A program made the translations under genes and the position numbers. From contig JAAZNJ010000005.1 of NCBI GenBank assembly GCA_012798335.1, positions 1 through 39,211 on the forward strand: DNA of 39,211 nt, written 5' to 3'. The notes beneath the pieces are model-generated. The model saw nothing but the letters and a program-made list of their open reading frames with translations, made no database searches and was not told where the DNA came from. The stretch is from Candidatus Woesearchaeota archaeon. Its GTDB lineage: Archaea; Nanobdellota; Nanobdellia; Pacearchaeales; GW2011-AR1. Positions 34,989-39,211 of the stretch are shown one piece after another (position 1 is the stretch's first letter; every line of letters starts with the position of its first letter).

Positions 34989-37676
34989 TTATTTGTTTAA
35001 TTTTTTCTTTTTCAAAAATTTTGAAATTTCAAAAATAATAAAAATTGAAGAAGAACTTAAAAATAAGATTAATAACTCAATTATGGATATAGAAGTTAAG
35101 CCTAATACTTTTGATAATGGTGTGTAAACAGCTATTATCTGTAAAATAAACATGATTAATAAGGAATAGCTTAAAATTTTGTTTGAGAAAAAACCTTTTA
35201 TTTCTTTTATATTTTTATCATCGCTTCTACAAGACAAAATTATAAATGCCTCACTGAATATTAAAGAGGTTAAAACTAATGTTCTTGCTTTATCTAAATT
35301 ACTTTCATAATACATAATAAAGAATAAGAATGCTATAAGAGTACTTAAAATTCCAGAGATTATAACAAAACTAAAAATCTTATTCATTATATTTTCATTG
35401 AAGTCAGAAGGTTTCTTTTCCATAATTCCCTTTTCTTCTTTTTCAAAACCTAAAGATAAAATAGGCATAGAATCAGTAATAAGATTCATCCATAAGATAG
35501 ACAATGGCAAAAAAGGAAGGGGTAAATTAAAAATCATTGTTATTATTAAAAAGAATAATTCCCCCACATTAGCAGATAATGAAGCTTTAATTGATTTTTT
35601 TAGATTTTCATAAGAGCGTCTTCCTTCTTTAATTGCTTGAACAATAGTCTTAAAATTATCATCTAATAAAACTATATCTGAGACATCTCTTGTTATTTCT
35701 GTTCCCCTAATGCCCATTGCAATTCCAATATCTGCTTCTTTTATTGCTAAAATATCATTAACACCATCTCCTGTGACAGCGACAATTTCTTCTTTATTTT
35801 TTAAACATTTTATTATTCTAAATTTTATTTCTGGAGTTATTCTAGCAAAAATTGTTTTTTCTTCAACAATCTTTGAAAATTCTTTATCTGAAAGATTTTC
35901 TAATTTTATTCCGTCTATAGAATTATCATCTAAACCTATCATTCTTGCAATTGCTTTAGCAGTTAATTCTGAATCTCCTGTAATCATCTTTATTTTTATT
36001 CCTGCTTTTTTGCATTCTTCTATTGCTTTTTTTATTTCTTCTCTAGGTTTGTCAATCATTCCTTGAAATCCTAAAAATATCAAATTATTTTCAGAATAAC
36101 CTTGACTGAAATTTTTTGGAACAATCTTAAACGCAAAAGCTAGAACTCTCAAAGCTTCAGAAGATAATTTCTGATATTCTCTGATTAATTCTTTTCTTCT
36201 TTTTTCATTAAGAACCTTTATCTTTCCATTAATCATTTCTTTAGAACATCTTTTTAATAGAATATCAGGAGCACCTTTTGAATAACAGACATAATTGTCA
36301 TTTACTTTTCTTATTATTGACATCATTTTTCTATCAGAAGAGAAAGCATATTCTTTTATCTTAGGATACTTTTCTGTTAATTCTTTTTTCTTTATTCCGA
36401 AATTATAAGAAATTCTTATTAAAGCTTCTTCTGTAGGATCTCCAAAAACTTTCATTTCTTTATCTTTTATTTGTTCTTCTGCACTATTACATAAGATACC
36501 AGTTTCAATTAATTTTTTTAGAGTTTCTTCTTTATCAAAATTTATTTTTTTATTGTTGATTAAAAGAACATTTTTGTCTACATCAACTTCTTTATTATTA
36601 TAATAAACTTTAACAACAGAAATTTTTTCTTCTGTTAATGTTCCTGTTTTATCTGTGCATATAACTGTTGTTCTTCCTAAAGTTTCAGCAGACGATAATT
36701 TTTTAACTAAAGCTTTTTGTTTTTGCATTCTTTTTATTGTTAAAGCTAAAATTATGGAGATTACAGCAGGTAAACCCTCTGGAATAACACTAATTGCTAA
36801 AGAGATAGAAGTTAAAATTAATTCAAAAAAATCTCTTTTTTGAAATATTCCAAATAGAACTAAAATAAAACTAATACCCAAAACAGTTATAGAAATTATT
36901 TTTGATAATTCATTAATCTTTTTTTGTAAAGGGGATTCTTCTTCTTTTATTTTTTGTATTTCTTCTGCTATTTTTCCAAATTCTGTATTCATTCCAGTGT
37001 TTATTACAATACCTTTACCATTTCCACCAACAACATGAGTTCCAGAATAAACCATATTCTTTCTTTCAGTTAAAATTAGATCCTTTTTTAATAATTCTGA
37101 AATCTTTTCTTGAGGAAAACTCTCCCCTGTTAAAACTGACTCATTTAACAAAAGATTATTACTTTCTATTATTCTTGAGTCTCCTGTTATTTTATCCCCT
37201 TCCGAAATAATTAAGATATCACCAGGAACAAGTTCATCTGAAGAAATCTCTTCTATTTTATTTTCTCTTATAACCTTTACTTTTGGGACTAATAATTTTT
37301 TTAATTCAAAGATTATTTTCTCTGCTTTATATTCTTGAAAAAATCCAATAAAAGCATTAATTAAAACAATTATTAAAATTAAAATTGCATCTAAATAATG
37401 TTTAATAACAATAGAAAAAAGAGAAGCCACTAATAATATTATTATGAAAACTGATTTAAATTGATTTAAGAAAATTCTTAAAATACTTTTTTCTGAAATT
37501 TTTTTTATTTCATTTTTTCCATGAATCTCTAATCTCCTTGCTGCTTCTTCATGTGATATTCCTTCATGAGAGGTTTTTAAAATTTCAAAAATCTCTTTTT
37601 TTTCTAGATTATGCCATGAATGATTTTTTTTGACTTTTTCAGTAGAATAAGCGATTTCCTCTTTTTTATCAATCAT
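34989..37676 (-). CDS. P2-type cation-transporting ATPase (Ca2+-ATPase-like)
   Basis: TGES (LTGESFP), PEGLP in M4 (VIPEGLPAV), phosphorylation site CTDKTGTLT, hinge TGDGVNDILAIKEADIGIAMG. N-terminal cation-ATPase-N domain. Confidence 0.9.
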   Translation of the reverse strand: MIDKKEEIAYSTEKVKKNHSWHNLEKKEIFEILKTSHEGISHEEAARRLEIHGKNEIKKISEKSILRIFLNQFKSVFIIILLVASLFSIVIKHYLDAILILIIVLINAFIGFFQEYKAEKIIFELKKLLVPKVKVIRENKIEEISSDELVPGDILIISEGDKITGDSRIIESNNLLLNESVLTGESFPQEKISELLKKDLILTERKNMVYSGTHVVGGNGKGIVINTGMNTEFGKIAEEIQKIKEEESPLQKKINELSKIISITVLGISFILVLFGIFQKRDFFELILTSISLAISVIPEGLPAVISIILALTIKRMQKQKALVKKLSSAETLGRTTVICTDKTGTLTEEKISVVKVYYNNKEVDVDKNVLLINNKKINFDKEETLKKLIETGILCNSAEEQIKDKEMKVFGDPTEEALIRISYNFGIKKKELTEKYPKIKEYAFSSDRKMMSIIRKVNDNYVCYSKGAPDILLKRCSKEMINGKIKVLNEKRRKELIREYQKLSSEALRVLAFAFKIVPKNFSQGYSENNLIFLGFQGMIDKPREEIKKAIEECKKAGIKIKMITGDSELTAKAIARMIGLDDNSIDGIKLENLSDKEFSKIVEEKTIFARITPEIKFRIIKCLKNKEEIVAVTGDGVNDILAIKEADIGIAMGIRGTEITRDVSDIVLLDDNFKTIVQAIKEGRRSYENLKKSIKASLSANVGELFFLIITMIFNLPLPFLPLSILWMNLITDSMPILSLGFEKEEKGIMEKKPSDFNENIMNKIFSFVIISGILSTLIAFLFFIMYYESNLDKARTLVLTSLIFSEAFIILSCRSDDKNIKEIKGFFSNKILSYSLLIMFILQIIAVYTPLSKVLGLTSISIIELLILFLSSSSIFIIFEISKFLKKKKLNK

Positions 37677-37725
37677 TTTTTTGATATTTTTTCAATTTTA
37701 ACAATATTTTTTGACAATATTAAGT

Positions 37726-37982
37726 GTAGACTCGAAGGTTTGCTTGCAGAAAACCAAAAAGCTACCCTTATTCTTTCTCGGTTCTGTGCCCTGCTAAGCA
37801 CCTTAACAAATGTTTAGGGCTGCTCCGATCAAGGCCTGACCCGGTTCGCATCTGCAAGATCAAAGCAGACAGAACTTCAACGTCCAAATAAGGACTTTTT
37901 GACATCCCGCTCACTCGCCTTCTTGCAGTCTGCCTAAGCCCATTTGCAAATAGCGGAGGGCTAACCCGCTGACCTAGTCTAC
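37726..37982 (-). ncRNA. Signal recognition particle (7S) RNA, archaeal type
   Basis: The only GC-rich island in the window, and it carries no credible ORF. The ends pair (GTAGACT at 37726-37732 with AGTCTAC at 37976-37982), like archaeal SRP helix 1. The minus-strand RNA contains CCGGGUCAGGCCUUGAUCGGAGCAGCCC (37844-37817). This resembles the conserved helix-8 SRP54-binding motif (E. coli 4.5S GGUCAGGUCCGGAAGGAAGCAGCC, from memory). Confidence 0.65.
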
Positions 37983-38078
37983 AAATTATTAAGAAATTCA
38001 GCTTATTTAAGATTTTGGATTTTGATTTTAAGGTTTTTTTCTAATTCAAGAATTAAGTAAAATTAAGTTAAAAGGGGT

Positions 38079-38711
38079 TTAAAAATTAAGATTTCGATTT
38101 CTAAAAAATTTAAAGTATTTTAAAATCAAACTTAAAAAACTTGTTTCTAATAAGAATTGTGTTACAAGCAAAAAGAGTACCAGATTTTCAGAATTTTTAT
38201 TCTTTATAAAAAAATTGTCTTGAATAAATCTTCCAGACATTAAATCAGTATCATTCTCTAAAATAGAGTTATTATCCTTTCTTATATATAACAAAGATGC
38301 AAGATTCAAATTATCAACATTAATTAAAAAAATCCCATAATATTTTGACATTTCAATATCTTTGCTATTAAAATCATTTTCCTTTAAGCAAATTTCAAAA
38401 ATTCTTTTTTTAGGGTTATTCTTGTCATAATAATTTGTAATATTTTCAGAAATTCTTAAATCTTTATCAGACAGATTATAATCTAAAAAATTTTTACTAT
38501 CCATTTTAGAATAAAATAGTTTATACAAAACAATGTCTTTATCAGAGTAAACACTAATATTATTACATGAATAATTTGTTCCTTTTAAATTAAAATTCAT
38601 TTTAAAAGGAGAGATGCCTATCTCAGTTGGATAAATCTTATTTAAACTTTTAAAAGATAAAATAAAAATAAAAAGAATTAAGAATAATTTTTTATAATTT
38701 ATTTTCATCAT
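38079..38711 (-). CDS. Secreted/anchored hypothetical protein
   Basis: N-terminal signal-like segment (LFLILFIFILSF) and a C-terminal hydrophobic segment (LVLFLLVTQFLLETSFLSLIL). Asn-rich. Confidence 0.4.
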   Translation of the reverse strand: MMKINYKKLFLILFIFILSFKSLNKIYPTEIGISPFKMNFNLKGTNYSCNNISVYSDKDIVLYKLFYSKMDSKNFLDYNLSDKDLRISENITNYYDKNNPKKRIFEICLKENDFNSKDIEMSKYYGIFLINVDNLNLASLLYIRKDNNSILENDTDLMSGRFIQDNFFIKNKNSENLVLFLLVTQFLLETSFLSLILKYFKFFRNRNLNF

Positions 38712-38733
38712 TCTTTTTTTTACTTACATATTT

Positions 38734-39204
38734 TTATTCTGGTATAGCATTAAATATTAAAGTAGTATTCAAATTTATGTTATTAACGTCATAAGTTTTA
38801 TTAAAATTTGTTAAATTTATTCCAACATAAAAAGAACGATTACTTTTACTTGGGACTGTTAAATTAAACTCGTTTATTTTATATTCGTTTGAATCTCCAT
38901 ATTTTTTTAAATACAAATAATCAAAAACAGAATCATAGGGTTCTTTAAGTGAAGTGGTTACAATAAGGGATTTTGTTCCTGTATTATTTATCTTTTTCAT
39001 CTCAGAAAGGGTTTTTGGATTATTCTTGGTTATATTTCCTAAATTAATTTCTTCAGGGACACTTAAATAAATTTCATACTCTTCTTTATAGTCTACAAGA
39101 TTTATTTTAATAACCATTTCGTTAGAAGCCTTAACAAAACCAAAAAATACCCCTAAAAGAATTATTAAAATAAATAAAAGAGCTTTTTCTCTCTTAAATT
39201 TCAT
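38734..39204 (-). CDS. Secreted hypothetical protein
   Basis: Signal peptide (ALLFILIILLGVFFGFVKA/S), followed by a beta-rich, Asn-rich sequence with NxS/T sequons. Upstream of, and co-directional with, 38079..38711. Confidence 0.4.
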   Translation of the reverse strand: MKFKREKALLFILIILLGVFFGFVKASNEMVIKINLVDYKEEYEIYLSVPEEINLGNITKNNPKTLSEMKKINNTGTKSLIVTTSLKEPYDSVFDYLYLKKYGDSNEYKINEFNLTVPSKSNRSFYVGINLTNFNKTYDVNNINLNTTLIFNAIPE

Positions 39205-39211
39205 TTAAAAT

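Noticed and set aside
37726-37982. GC-rich island as RNase P RNA
   Set aside because: The minus strand has an AAAGUCC-like string and the plus strand an ACAGAA string. These lie on opposite strands, and the other RNase P conserved regions are not evident. The helix-8-like GGUCAGGCC...GGAGCAGCC motif and the paired termini fit SRP RNA better.

Overview
This window looks like a chromosomal segment of a very AT-rich, gene-dense archaeon with a small, streamlined genome, so DPANN-like. That assignment is inference from gene content, not a database result.

Archaeal markers:
- RtcB tRNA-splicing ligase plus archease.
- Archaeal-type prolyl-tRNA synthetase.
- The N-terminus of a class I CCA-adding-enzyme-like nucleotidyltransferase.
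- A conserved GTPase / DUF2073-like / Zn-ribbon triad.
- A GC-rich island that I read as SRP (7S) RNA.
- A large type IV pilus-like locus: a FlaI/PilB-type ATPase, two FlaJ/TadC-type membrane proteins and seven genes with class III (prepilin) signal peptides.

Accessory content:
- An ArsR / thioredoxin-like / permease cassette with a palindromic operator.
- A P2-type cation ATPase.
- Several large secreted or anchored surface proteins (a PKD-domain protein, a Cys-rich TNAH-repeat protein, a metzincin-like protease).
- A decayed patch with two pseudogenes.

The most interesting content is a dispersed set of RiPP-like components:
- Two paralogous-looking small peptides, each with a Cys-free leader and a Cys/Asp/Ser/Asn-rich C-terminal core (7626..7817 and 13250..13453).
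- The first peptide is translationally coupled to a gluzincin-type HExxH peptidase and a small RRE-like protein.
- The second sits directly upstream of a radical SAM/SPASM enzyme and a SAM methyltransferase. That three-gene cassette is bracketed by perfect 29-bp direct repeats.
- A second radical SAM/SPASM gene (18583..19698) lies in an operon with a nucleotidyltransferase and a GT2 glycosyltransferase.

All functional calls come from motifs read by eye. No searches were run.
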